The notes beneath the pieces were generated by a model. It was not told the DNA's origin, ran no database searches, and saw only the letters and a program-made list of their open reading frames with translations. DNA of 64,000 nt from contig CBDCUI010000008.1 of the NCBI GenBank assembly GCA_965222615.1, positions 256,001-320,000 on the forward strand. The letters are read 5' to 3'. Of this stretch, positions 40,778-50,406 are shown piece by piece (position 1 is the first letter of the stretch; each line of letters opens with the position of its first letter). The position numbers and the translations under genes were made by a program. The DNA is from Gammaproteobacteria bacterium (GTDB taxonomy: Bacteria; Pseudomonadota; Gammaproteobacteria; UBA4575).

Positions 40778-41431
40778 TCATTTATCACGAAAGGCTTTAG
40801 CGAGCCAATAGTCAATACTGAAATATTTTCCAGCACCGATGAAAAACAACACTAACAACATTATAAAATAAGTGGCAGCAAACTCGATACCATTATTTAA
40901 TACGACAAAACTACCTTTTTCAGTAAGCCAGTTGAAATTACCATGCTTTTTTAATAAGGATTTTGCTGCACTCACTCGTTTGCCAACTTCTTCACTGTTC
41001 TCCAGGCTACGCTTAGCTGCGGGAATACCAAGTGACGCAAGAGGTTTTGCAGTGCTTGTCTCAGGGTCCCCAGGCGCAACAGCAAACCAGCCTTTGTCCC
41101 AGTGCACCGCAAAAATAGCTACTAACATCGTAATCATTAATGGAATTGCAAACCAACGTACTGCAAAACCAAAAAGTAATGCTATGCCACCTATTAATTC
41201 TGTCAAAGCAGCGAGATAAGCTAGTAGCATGGGTGCTGGCAACCCTAATCCCCAATCAGGATTTCCAAGCCAATCTGCAAAACTATCAATACCAGAAAGT
41301 TTGGTTAAACCCGCAGCAATGAAAATCGGTGCTAGATACAAGCGCAATGCAAGTGGCCCAAGGAAATCAATACTGCGAAATTTATCTAGTATATTTTGTA
41401 ATGAATTCGCAGTTGTGATTAGTGCTGACAT
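40778..41431 (-). CDS. hvfX: DoxX-family membrane protein (HvfX-like)
   Basis: PLALRLYLAPIF, WLGNPDWGLGLP.P, AVHW..GW, HGNFNWLTEKGSFVVLNNGIEFAATY. Confidence 0.82.
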   Translation of the reverse strand: MSALITTANSLQNILDKFRSIDFLGPLALRLYLAPIFIAAGLTKLSGIDSFADWLGNPDWGLGLPAPMLLAYLAALTELIGGIALLFGFAVRWFAIPLMITMLVAIFAVHWDKGWFAVAPGDPETSTAKPLASLGIPAAKRSLENSEEVGKRVSAAKSLLKKHGNFNWLTEKGSFVVLNNGIEFAATYFIMLLVLFFIGAGKYFSIDYWLAKAFRDK

Positions 41432-41473
41432 ATGGATTCTCCTAAATAGTTATAATTGTATTGCTGACACGAT

Positions 41474-42973
41474 CTACGTTGCAGTGGGTTCCGGATATAA
41501 CTCATCTAGGGGTATAGATTTGCCATCTGGTCGCACCATACGTGCGTGAAAGCGACGCAACTGACGTGGTTCATGTACACCGCATGAATGAGCAATAACG
41601 CCTACTTCATAGACCATGTTTTTAGTGTAATTCCTTACACGTTCGGCCTTGATTTCAGGATCTAAACCAGTTTGCAGCTTTTTGTCATGTGTAGTAATTC
41701 CAGTCGGACAAGTATTTTTATTACACTGTAAGGCTTGGATACATCCCAAAGAAAACATGAAGCCACGTGCAGAAACAACAAAATCTGCACCTACGGCAAA
41801 GGCCCAGGCAACATCAGCAGGGGTAATTAGCTTACCTGAAGTAATGATTTTTATTCGATCACGCAAGCCATGTACTTTTAAGCGATCGACCACTAAAGGT
41901 AGACTTTCTTCAATGGGTAAGCCCATATAATCAATTAAGCTCATCGGGGCTGCACCAGTGCCGCCGTCAGCACTGTCGATGGTGATAAAATCAGGAGCCT
42001 GTTCAATGCCGCGTGCTTTTATAATATCTAACAAATTATCGATCCAACCGTAGGCGCCTACGACAGTCTTAAATCCTACAGGCTTGCCCGTAACCATGCG
42101 AATACGGATAAGCATGTCTAGCAAATCATCAACCGAGTCAATTTCAGGGTGACGATTTGGACTGATGGAATCTTTTCCCACAGGGATGCCGCGAATTTTT
42201 GAGATTTCTTCGTTAACTTTCCTTCCCGGTAGAATACCCCCTTTGCCCGGTTTGGCGCCCTGGCTTAGTTTAAGCTCAAACATTTTTACTTGATCATGTG
42301 CTGCTACTTCCTGCAATTTTTTATCGCTCAAATTTCCTTGAGTATTTCGGACACCATATTTAGCAGTTCCAATTTGAAACACGATGTCAGCTCCACCCTC
42401 TAGATGGTAAGGGGACAAACCACCTTCACCTGTATTCATCCAGCAACCCGCCATACGCGCTCCGTTTGAAAGTGCTAACACGGCCGGTGTCGAAATCGCG
42501 CCATAACTCATTCCAGAAATATTGAAAATTGAGCTTGTTGTATAGGAATGTTTCGCATAAGGCCCAATGGTGACATCGCTGGTGGGAACGGCGTCTTCAT
42601 CTAGGGTAGGAAAGGGGCAGTTCACAAATAATACCGTTCCGGTTGGGCGTAAGTCTCGTGTCGATCCAAATGCTACAGTGTTGTCAACATTTTTTGCGGC
42701 GCGATATACCCAGGATCGTTGCGCACGATTGAAAGGAAGTTCCTCTCGGTCCATTGCAAAAAAGTATTGGCGGAAAAATTCGCCTAATTCTTCAAAGAAA
42801 TAACGAAATCGGCCGATAACGGGAAAGTTATGACGAATTGCATGTGCGCGTTGAGATTTATCAATGATATATAAAACAGCAACCGCAATAACTAATATGC
42901 CTAGAGCAAAAATAAATAGTATGGCTGCGACTTCAAGAAAACGTAGTAGAAAAGTAGGTAATTCAGCCATCAT
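41474..42973 (-). CDS. FMN-binding glutamate synthase family protein with N-terminal TM
   Basis: ISGMSYGA, NTGEGG, ELKLSQGAKPGKGG, DGGTGAAP, GCIQALQCNKNTCPTGITT. Confidence 0.9.
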   Translation of the reverse strand: MMAELPTFLLRFLEVAAILFIFALGILVIAVAVLYIIDKSQRAHAIRHNFPVIGRFRYFFEELGEFFRQYFFAMDREELPFNRAQRSWVYRAAKNVDNTVAFGSTRDLRPTGTVLFVNCPFPTLDEDAVPTSDVTIGPYAKHSYTTSSIFNISGMSYGAISTPAVLALSNGARMAGCWMNTGEGGLSPYHLEGGADIVFQIGTAKYGVRNTQGNLSDKKLQEVAAHDQVKMFELKLSQGAKPGKGGILPGRKVNEEISKIRGIPVGKDSISPNRHPEIDSVDDLLDMLIRIRMVTGKPVGFKTVVGAYGWIDNLLDIIKARGIEQAPDFITIDSADGGTGAAPMSLIDYMGLPIEESLPLVVDRLKVHGLRDRIKIITSGKLITPADVAWAFAVGADFVVSARGFMFSLGCIQALQCNKNTCPTGITTHDKKLQTGLDPEIKAERVRNYTKNMVYEVGVIAHSCGVHEPRQLRRFHARMVRPDGKSIPLDELYPEPTAT

Positions 42974-43288
42974 AACTTCCCCTTTTTATAGTTATCGTTA
43001 ATGCGTGTGGGATAGATGAACGGGAAACTACGCAAATTATTTCATCACATTATCTCGTATATGGCCCTAGCAATAAATCATATTCTGCTAGTTTTTTGAC
43101 AGTAGTTATTTATTTTTTCAATGAAGTGAGTTTTTGTATATTAATTATGACGGTATCTATAACATGAGCAGAGTACAATTAACTTAATGTAATAAAATTT
43201 CAATATCACGGTCTATTTTAGCAATGCAATTCAACATCAGTATAAGAGATAAAGAATAACCATGAATAAGAATTATCTGGGGAATTAG

Positions 43289-44941
43289 ATGAAAGCATCA
43301 GACCTATTTGTTAAATGTCTTGAAGAAGAAAACATAGAATACATATTCGGTGTTCCTGGTGAAGAGAATGCCGATTTTATGATCTCACTTGAAAATACTG
43401 ACAAGATCAAGTTTATTCTTACGCGCCATGAGCAAGGTGCGGCTTTCATGGCTGAAATCTATGGACGTTTAACTGGGAATCCAGCTGGATGTCTAGGTAC
43501 TCTTGGTCCAGGTGCGACAAATTTAATTACTGGTGTTGCCGATTCGAACATGGATCGTGCGCCAATGTTAGTACTGACTGGTCAAGGTTCAACGTTGCGT
43601 CTGCATAAAGAGTCACATCAAATTATGGACGTAGTAAAAATGTTTGAACCCGTTACCAAATGGGCAACTACGGTATTACATCCAGAAACTATTCCTGAAA
43701 TTGTGCGCAAAGCAGTTCGAATTGCACGTACTGAAAAACCCGGTGCGGTGCATATCGAATTGCCGGAAGATCTTGCCAAAGAAGATACAACGGTTAAACC
43801 AATGGTTCCACAACGCTTTATGCGTTCGGTTCCAGATGAGATTGTAATTGATAATGCCTTTGAAATGATTGCAACAAGTAACCGTCCTATTATTTTAGTA
43901 GGCAACGGTTGCGTACGTTCAGGAGCAAGTGAAAAGTTACGTAAGTTTTGTGAACTTACAAAAATTGGTGCAATGAGTACCTTTATGGCAAAAGGTTGCA
44001 TAGATAAAGGCTCTGAGCAATGTTTATTTACTATTGGTTTGGGTAGTCGTGATCGCATGTCTTTCTTAATAGATGAAGCAGACGTTGTGATTACACTTGG
44101 CTTCGACATGGTTGAATATCATCCAAAGTTGTGGAATCCAAACTGCGATAAGAAAATTATTCACGCGGATATTTTGCCTGCCGAAATCGATCAAAATTAT
44201 CATCCGCAAATCGAATTGATTGGGGACTTAAATCATACCCTTGAGGAATTGTATTTACGTGCAAAGGCCAGGGCTAAGTTTTACTATGACACCACAACAC
44301 AGCAGAAAATTCGCCAGGAGATGATAGAAGATCTTGCTGAATATAAAGACGATGACACTAAGGGAAGTATTCGTCCTCAAAAAGCTATCTGGGATGCGCG
44401 TCAAGTTTTAGGGCCTAATGATATTTTGTTATCTGATGTCGGTGCACACAAAATGTGGGTTGCACGTTACTTTCATTGTCATCAACCCAACACATGTTTA
44501 ATTCCAAATGGGTTTTGTTCCATGGGGTTTGCCTTACCTGGTGCAATTGCTGCTAATTTAGTTTATCCGGAGCGAAGGATTTTGGGTATTGCCGGGGATG
44601 CGGGTTTTTTAATGAATGTACAAGAGATGGAAACTGCCAAACGTCTAAACAGTAATATTGTGGTGATGGTTTGGGAAGATAAGGAATATGGGTTGATTGC
44701 ATGGAAGCAGCAAAATGAATTTGGCAAGCATACCGATTTAGCTTTCGATAACCCAGATTGGGAAATACTTGCCAAATCATTTGGGTGGAATGGCTATTTT
44801 GTCGATGATAGTAAGACGTTACAAGCAACCCTCGAGCATGCATTTAATGACGGTGCGCCAAGTCTTGTGGTGGTGCCAATTGACTATCGTGAAAACATGC
44901 TTCTCACTAAGCGTTTAGGTGAATTAACTCTGCCTATGTAA
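43289..44941 (+). CDS. ThDP-dependent enzyme, acetolactate synthase large-subunit family (2-oxoglutarate decarboxylase-like)
   Basis: FGVPGEEN, RHEQGAAFMA, LGPGATN, ESHQ, DVGAHKMW, GDAGFLMN. Confidence 0.88.
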   Translation: MKASDLFVKCLEEENIEYIFGVPGEENADFMISLENTDKIKFILTRHEQGAAFMAEIYGRLTGNPAGCLGTLGPGATNLITGVADSNMDRAPMLVLTGQGSTLRLHKESHQIMDVVKMFEPVTKWATTVLHPETIPEIVRKAVRIARTEKPGAVHIELPEDLAKEDTTVKPMVPQRFMRSVPDEIVIDNAFEMIATSNRPIILVGNGCVRSGASEKLRKFCELTKIGAMSTFMAKGCIDKGSEQCLFTIGLGSRDRMSFLIDEADVVITLGFDMVEYHPKLWNPNCDKKIIHADILPAEIDQNYHPQIELIGDLNHTLEELYLRAKARAKFYYDTTTQQKIRQEMIEDLAEYKDDDTKGSIRPQKAIWDARQVLGPNDILLSDVGAHKMWVARYFHCHQPNTCLIPNGFCSMGFALPGAIAANLVYPERRILGIAGDAGFLMNVQEMETAKRLNSNIVVMVWEDKEYGLIAWKQQNEFGKHTDLAFDNPDWEILAKSFGWNGYFVDDSKTLQATLEHAFNDGAPSLVVVPIDYRENMLLTKRLGELTLPM

Positions 44942-44946
44942 AAACC

Positions 44947-46392
44947 ATGGCTACAAAGAAAACTTATTCATTGATGCTGCATCAGTCTTCACCTCGGGCA
45001 GGGTTACTTAAAGTTTATGCACCTTATGATCGTTCTGTTATTGCCGAAGTAGAAACCGCAAATATAGAGCATGTAAATCAGGCCTTGTATACGGCGTATT
45101 CACTTTATCGAGATAAGAGTACTTGGTTACCTTTGCATCAACGTATCGAAATTCTTGAAGCTACTGCTAGCATCATGCAAGAAGAGCAGGAGTTTCTAGC
45201 AGTAGAAGCAGCTCGTGAAGGCGGCAAACCGTTAATTGATTCTAAAGTTGAAGTGGCACGTGCAATCGATGGCATTCATTTATGTATTGAAACGTTGAAA
45301 ACTGACCAAGGTGAGGTCATACCCATGGGTCTGTCTGCTTCTTCGGTGAACCGTTTAGCGGTTACACAAAAAGAACCGATTGGTGTAGTGGTCGCAGTGA
45401 GTGCATTTAACCATCCGCTAAATCTCATTGTGCACCAAGTGGCAGCTGCAGTAGCAGTGGGTTGCCCGGCAATCGTCAAACCTGCGGAAGATACGCCACT
45501 TTCATGCCTACACTTTGTTGATATTTTATGGCGTGCTGGGTTACCCACTGAATGGTGCCAAGCGATCGTTCCTGAGAGCATCGATGTTGCAGAAAAACTG
45601 GTTATCGATGAACGCGTTGGGTTTTTTTCCTTTATAGGCAGTGCCAAAGTAGGTTGGATGTTGCGATCTAAACTAGCACCGGGAGTGCGTTGTGCATTAG
45701 AACATGGCGGGGCAGCACCAGTAATTATGGCAGAAGACACAGATGTCGAAATGGCAGTGCAAAAGCTTGGTAAGGGGGGTTTCTACCATGCTGGACAAGT
45801 ATGTGTTTCCGTACAACGTGTATTTGCACATAAAACCTTAGTCAATACGTTTATTGAACAACTTGCTAATTATGCGCAACAACAGCGTATTGGTGATCCA
45901 ACTTCAGCAGATACCGATGTTGGACCATTGATTCGCCCTGCTGAAGCGGAGCGTATAGATAGTTGGGTGAGCGAAGCAAAGAGCGAAGGAGCACAATGTA
46001 TAACTGGTGGTAATGCTATAAGTGAAACATGTTACGAATGTACAGTGTTGGCGCGACCTTCGCTAGATAGCAAAGTGAGCACGGCAGAAATATTTGGGCC
46101 AGTAATATGTGCCTATGAATATGAAGATTTAGATTGGGCAATACAACAAGCTAACGCCTTGCCGTATGCGTTTCAGGCCGCTGTATTTACGAATGATATT
46201 AATACAGCGATGCGTGTGTACAAGCACATCGATGCTTCTGCAGTAATGCTTAATGATCACACTGCGTTTCGTGTTGACGGTATGCCATTTGCTGGCCTAA
46301 AACATTCCGGTCTTGGAGTAGGCGGCATTCCTTATACCATGGAGGATATGCAGGTAAATAAAATGCTGGTTATGAATTCGCCCGAGCTATAA
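44947..46392 (+). CDS. Aldehyde dehydrogenase family protein
   Basis: FNHP, VKPA, FIGS, LEHGG, GQVCVS, EIFGPV; 5 nt after the upstream gene. Confidence 0.92.
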   Translation: MATKKTYSLMLHQSSPRAGLLKVYAPYDRSVIAEVETANIEHVNQALYTAYSLYRDKSTWLPLHQRIEILEATASIMQEEQEFLAVEAAREGGKPLIDSKVEVARAIDGIHLCIETLKTDQGEVIPMGLSASSVNRLAVTQKEPIGVVVAVSAFNHPLNLIVHQVAAAVAVGCPAIVKPAEDTPLSCLHFVDILWRAGLPTEWCQAIVPESIDVAEKLVIDERVGFFSFIGSAKVGWMLRSKLAPGVRCALEHGGAAPVIMAEDTDVEMAVQKLGKGGFYHAGQVCVSVQRVFAHKTLVNTFIEQLANYAQQQRIGDPTSADTDVGPLIRPAEAERIDSWVSEAKSEGAQCITGGNAISETCYECTVLARPSLDSKVSTAEIFGPVICAYEYEDLDWAIQQANALPYAFQAAVFTNDINTAMRVYKHIDASAVMLNDHTAFRVDGMPFAGLKHSGLGVGGIPYTMEDMQVNKMLVMNSPEL

Positions 46393-46415
46393 ATATATTT
46401 TTGAGCTAGTGAAAT

Positions 46416-46447
46416 AAAAAACGGCGAATCAATGATTCGCCGTTTTA
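46416..46447. terminator. Bidirectional terminator between convergent ALDH and hvfA
   Basis: AAAACGGCGAATC-AAT-GATTCGCCGTTTT perfect inverted repeat. Confidence 0.85.
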
Positions 46448-46468
46448 ATTTAGTGAGTTTAGGTTAGC

Positions 46469-46852
46469 TTAGCTTCCGCACTTGCCTTCGCCACATTTGC
46501 CTTCAGCATCTTTACCTTCGCCACATTTGCCTTCGCCGCACTTGCCTTCGGCATCTTTACCTTCACCACACTTGCCTTCACCGCATTTACCTTCACCGCA
46601 CTTGCCTTCGGCATCTTTGCCTTCACCACACTTGCCTTCACCGCATTTACCTTCGGCGTCTTTACCTTCACCGCACTTGCCTTCGCCACATTTTCCTTCT
46701 ACATGGCCATCAGCAACCATGTAACCAGAAGATAAAGGTGTGATTTCAAATGGATTTGATTCTGCATTTGCAGCAGGGATGGTGAATGCGCTCGCAGCAA
46801 GAGCTGCGCCAACCGCAGCAGCTAGTGGTTTGAGTTCAGTTTTTTTAGACAT
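46469..46852 (-). CDS. hvfA: EGKCG-repeat RiPP precursor (HvfA/oxazolin-like)
   Basis: AGGAG RBS; signal peptide to ANA; NPF...LSSGY; 11 EGKCG + 4 EGKDA. Confidence 0.88.
   Translation of the reverse strand: MSKKTELKPLAAAVGAALAASAFTIPAANAESNPFEITPLSSGYMVADGHVEGKCGEGKCGEGKDAEGKCGEGKCGEGKDAEGKCGEGKCGEGKCGEGKDAEGKCGEGKCGEGKDAEGKCGEGKCGS
46475..46699 (-). repeat. 15 x 15-bp coding tandem repeat
   Basis: Uninterrupted EGK(CG/DA) pentapeptides with synonymous variation. Confidence 0.9.
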
Positions 46853-47070
46853 GTCTTAATCTCCTGTACATGTTGTTTATTGGAAGTATTTTAGAATCAA
46901 GTGATTTCTCTTTTAGCAGACCGATTTCTGTTAGTTTTTATTTCATAGTCTTTAAAAAAGACCTATAAACTACTTTGCTGTATGAATACTTACAGTCTTT
47001 CTCGATATTTGAGTGGAATGTCTCGCTAAAGTTCTATTATGACTGATTTGCCTTAAAAAATATAAGCTTT

Positions 47071-47709
47071 TCATTTGCTTAGCGTCTTTTGGCGGTATTC
47101 ACATAGGTCAAAAATTGCGCATGCGCCACATTTAGGTTTACGTGCTACACATGTATAGCGCCCGTGCAATATAAGCCAGTGATGGGCATGCAGCTTGTAT
47201 TCTTCCGGTACAAACTTTTCCAAACGCTGCTCCACCTCTAGAACATTTTTCCCTGGTGCAATACCCGTGCGGTTAGCAACGCGAAAAATATGCGTATCAA
47301 CCGCAATCGTGACTTGTCCAAAGGCATTATTTAACACTACGTTCGCTGTTTTTCGGCCGACTCCTGGTAGCGTCTGCAGCGTTTCGCGATCTCGAGGGAT
47401 TCGCCCCCTATGTTTATCAATTAAAAGTTGACTGGTTTTAATAATATTTTTTGCTTTACTGTTATATAAGCCAATTGATTTGATATATCTTTTTAATTTC
47501 GATTCGCCCAAGGCAAGCATTTTTTTCGGTGTGTTCGCGACCTTGAAGAGATCTTTGGTGGCTTTATTTACGCTGACATCGGTAGCTTGTGCAGATAACA
47601 TCACAGCCACTAAAAGCTCGTAATTAGACTTATGTTTGAGTTCTGTTTTAGGTGCTGGATTTGCTTTTTTTAGACGACGAAAAATTTCAGTACGTTTTTC
47701 TTTATTCAT
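47071..47709 (-). CDS. nth: Endonuclease III
   Basis: LSAQATD, LPGVGRKTANV, VDTH, C-X6-C-X2-C-X5-C. Confidence 0.96.
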   Translation of the reverse strand: MNKEKRTEIFRRLKKANPAPKTELKHKSNYELLVAVMLSAQATDVSVNKATKDLFKVANTPKKMLALGESKLKRYIKSIGLYNSKAKNIIKTSQLLIDKHRGRIPRDRETLQTLPGVGRKTANVVLNNAFGQVTIAVDTHIFRVANRTGIAPGKNVLEVEQRLEKFVPEEYKLHAHHWLILHGRYTCVARKPKCGACAIFDLCEYRQKTLSK

Positions 47710-47727
47710 ATCTAGTTTTTGAATAGA

Positions 47728-48120
47728 TTAACGGTCTAATAACTCGTGTTTCTTACGTTCAAATGATTCTTGTTTTTCTTGTTTTATTTTCTTAAGTCTG
47801 AGTGAACGTTGCTTTTTATTATTTCGTGATAAGACTGCAAATTTGTTCTTTAATTTTCGTAATTCAGTAGAAGATAGTTCCTTACTTAGTTCTTCAAATT
47901 GGGTGTTGTTGTCTAGTTCGATACAGTCTACAGGACAGGGCGGTATACAGAGTTTGCAACCAGTGCAATATTGTGTGAGCACCGTGTGCATATGCTTTGC
48001 AACACCACTAATGGCGTCGAAAGGACAGGCTTTAATACATAATGTGCAACCTATGCATTCTTCTTCAATAATGCGGGCCACATATTTACCAGTTGGAATT
48101 TCATAATATTTCTTGTCCAC
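47728..48120 (-). CDS. Short RnfB/RsxB-like 2x[4Fe-4S] protein
   Basis: [34 protein letters not shown]; lies between metG and nth. Confidence 0.8.
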   Translation of the reverse strand: MDKKYYEIPTGKYVARIIEEECIGCTLCIKACPFDAISGVAKHMHTVLTQYCTGCKLCIPPCPVDCIELDNNTQFEELSKELSSTELRKLKNKFAVLSRNNKKQRSLRLKKIKQEKQESFERKKHELLDR

Positions 48121-48129
48121 TTCAAGAGG

Positions 48130-48166
48130 CTTTGATTTATTAACGAAATATCAGAATAAATCAGAG
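48130..48166. repeat. Inverted repeat resembling the ends of the 55.9 kb element
   Basis: CTTTGATTTATT...AATAAATCAGAG (11/12 match). Confidence 0.45.
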
Positions 48167-48176
48167 TTTTCCGAAA

Positions 48177-50231
48177 TTATTTCACGCGCATCCCTGGTGT
48201 GGCGCCACTATCCGGTTGCAACAAAAAAATGTCTTCATCACCAGGGCCTGCAGCCAATACCATTCCTTCTGACATACCAAAGCGCATTTTACGTGGGGCT
48301 AAATTAGCTACCACAACGGTTAAGCGACCTTCAATTGCATCGGGAGAGTATGCAGATTTAATACCTGCAAAAACTGTGCGTTGGACATTTCCGGTAGGTT
48401 CACCCAAATCTAGAGTTAATTTAAGTAGTTTATCTGCCCCTTCGACATGTTCGGCCTTAACAATTTTTGCGATTCTAAAATCCAATTTTGCAAAGTCTGC
48501 AAATGTGATTTCTTCACTGATTGGGTCAGTAGCGACAGGTGATGTATCTTGTTTAGATTCTTCAATCATTTTACTTACCGATTCTTTTTCAATGCGTGTG
48601 ATTAGGGGTGTAAATTTGTTAATTTGATGGCCTTCGGACAACGTACTTCCACTGGTTAAATCTTGCCAAGTTAAAGACGTATTTAAGAAAGCTTCAGATT
48701 TTTCAGCAAGTTCTGGCATTACAGGCTTTAAATATCCAATCAACAAACGATACATATTCAGACCAAAGCTACATATTTGATGAACATCCTCTCGCTTAGA
48801 TTCATCTTTGATTTTCTTCCACGGTTCATGCTGATCGATTAAGACATTGGTGGTGTCGGCTATATTCATGACTTTATTTATGGCCATGGAATATTGTCTA
48901 TTTTCGTAAAAGGATCTAATGTCATCACCCGCTTTACTTGTGGCTTCATTAAACAAACCATTGCATTGATTAGAAGGAAAAGTACCTGTCAATTTTCCGT
49001 CAAAGTGTTTTGTTATAAAACCTGCACAACGACTTGCAATATTGACTAACTTACCCACTACATCGCTATTCACACGTTGTTGAAAATCATCCAGATTTAA
49101 ATCAATGTCATTAATTCCGTTGCCTAGCTTGGCAGCAAAATAATAACGTAAATATTCTGGGTTTAAATGATCAAGATAGGTGCGGGCCTTGATGAAAGTA
49201 CCGCGTGATTTTGACATCTTTTGTCCATCGACTGTTAGAAAACCATGACAGTACACAGCGGTTGGGATTCTATAGTTAGCGCCATGCAGCATCGCAGGCC
49301 AAAACAACATATGAAAGTAGGCAATGTCTTTGCCGATAAAGTGATATACCTCATGTGTTTCTTTGTTTTTTGGGTCCCAAAAATCTTCAAATTTAAAGTT
49401 ATATTTGTTCTTAGCCGGATCATCACAGTATTTTTGGAAACTTGCTATGTAACCTATCGGTGCGTCTAACCAAACGTAAAAATATTTTCCAGGAGCATCT
49501 GGGATTTCAAAACCAAAATAAGGGGCATCTCTTGATATATCCCAGTCTTGTAAGCCTGCTTGAAACCACTCTTTAAGTTTATTGGTTATTTCTGGTTGCA
49601 AAGGTTCGCTTTCAATCCAATCGTGCAACATCTCTTTAAAGTCATTTAATTTGAAAAAATAATGCAGATTTTCTTTTTCGATCGGAGTTGCACCGCTAAG
49701 TGCTGAATAGGGATTAATCAAGTCGGCTGGAGTATAAGTGGTGCCGCATGACTCACAGTTGTCGCCATACTGATCTTTAGTATGACATTTTGGGCATTCA
49801 CCTTTAACAAATCGATCGGGTAAAAATACTTTATCTTTTGGGTCATATAAATCTACAACAGTCTTAGTAGTGATATGGTCATTTTCTTTTAAGCGTTCGT
49901 AGATACGTATTGCGTGTAATCTATTTTCTTCAGAGTGAGTAGAGTGATAGTTATCAAATACTATATGAAAATCTGCGAAATCTTCTTCGTGTTCAATTTT
50001 TACTTTTGCAATGAGTTCTTCTGGCGAAATATCTTCTTGTTGTGCTTTGAGCATAATAGGTGTGCCGTGAGCATCATCCGCACAAATGTAAATACAATTA
50101 TGTCCACACATCTGCTGAAATCGTGCCCAAATATCAGTTTGGATATACTCAACAAGATGCCCAATATGAATGGGCCCATTTGCATAGGGCAGTGCACTTG
50201 TAACAAGTATGTTTCGTTTAAGCTTTGTCAT
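48177..50231 (-). CDS. metG: Methionine--tRNA ligase
   Basis: [13 protein letters not shown], Zn knuckle, KMSKS, C-terminal OB-fold tRNA-binding domain. Confidence 0.97.
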   Translation of the reverse strand: MTKLKRNILVTSALPYANGPIHIGHLVEYIQTDIWARFQQMCGHNCIYICADDAHGTPIMLKAQQEDISPEELIAKVKIEHEEDFADFHIVFDNYHSTHSEENRLHAIRIYERLKENDHITTKTVVDLYDPKDKVFLPDRFVKGECPKCHTKDQYGDNCESCGTTYTPADLINPYSALSGATPIEKENLHYFFKLNDFKEMLHDWIESEPLQPEITNKLKEWFQAGLQDWDISRDAPYFGFEIPDAPGKYFYVWLDAPIGYIASFQKYCDDPAKNKYNFKFEDFWDPKNKETHEVYHFIGKDIAYFHMLFWPAMLHGANYRIPTAVYCHGFLTVDGQKMSKSRGTFIKARTYLDHLNPEYLRYYFAAKLGNGINDIDLNLDDFQQRVNSDVVGKLVNIASRCAGFITKHFDGKLTGTFPSNQCNGLFNEATSKAGDDIRSFYENRQYSMAINKVMNIADTTNVLIDQHEPWKKIKDESKREDVHQICSFGLNMYRLLIGYLKPVMPELAEKSEAFLNTSLTWQDLTSGSTLSEGHQINKFTPLITRIEKESVSKMIEESKQDTSPVATDPISEEITFADFAKLDFRIAKIVKAEHVEGADKLLKLTLDLGEPTGNVQRTVFAGIKSAYSPDAIEGRLTVVVANLAPRKMRFGMSEGMVLAAGPGDEDIFLLQPDSGATPGMRVK

Positions 50232-50406
50232 TGACTTACGATTATTTTAGCGGTCGACACCTTAACAGTTTGGAGAAAATACCGCTATTTTTTACGGTAG
50301 TATTAATCAACTGAGCTACTCATATCGGGATCTTTGCAGTTAAAGATTGCGTGATATAGTTAATGTTAATCTACATACCAGCCCATATTCTAGGAGCATA
50401 AAAAGA

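Noticed and set aside
46475-46699. Possible CRISPR array
   Set aside because: Contiguous coding repeats with no unique spacers and no cas genes
46459-46724. Alternative-frame ORFs (KASAVKV... and PSPHL... repeats)
   Set aside because: Shadows of the stop-free 15-bp repeat; only the EGKCG frame has an RBS, signal peptide and family context
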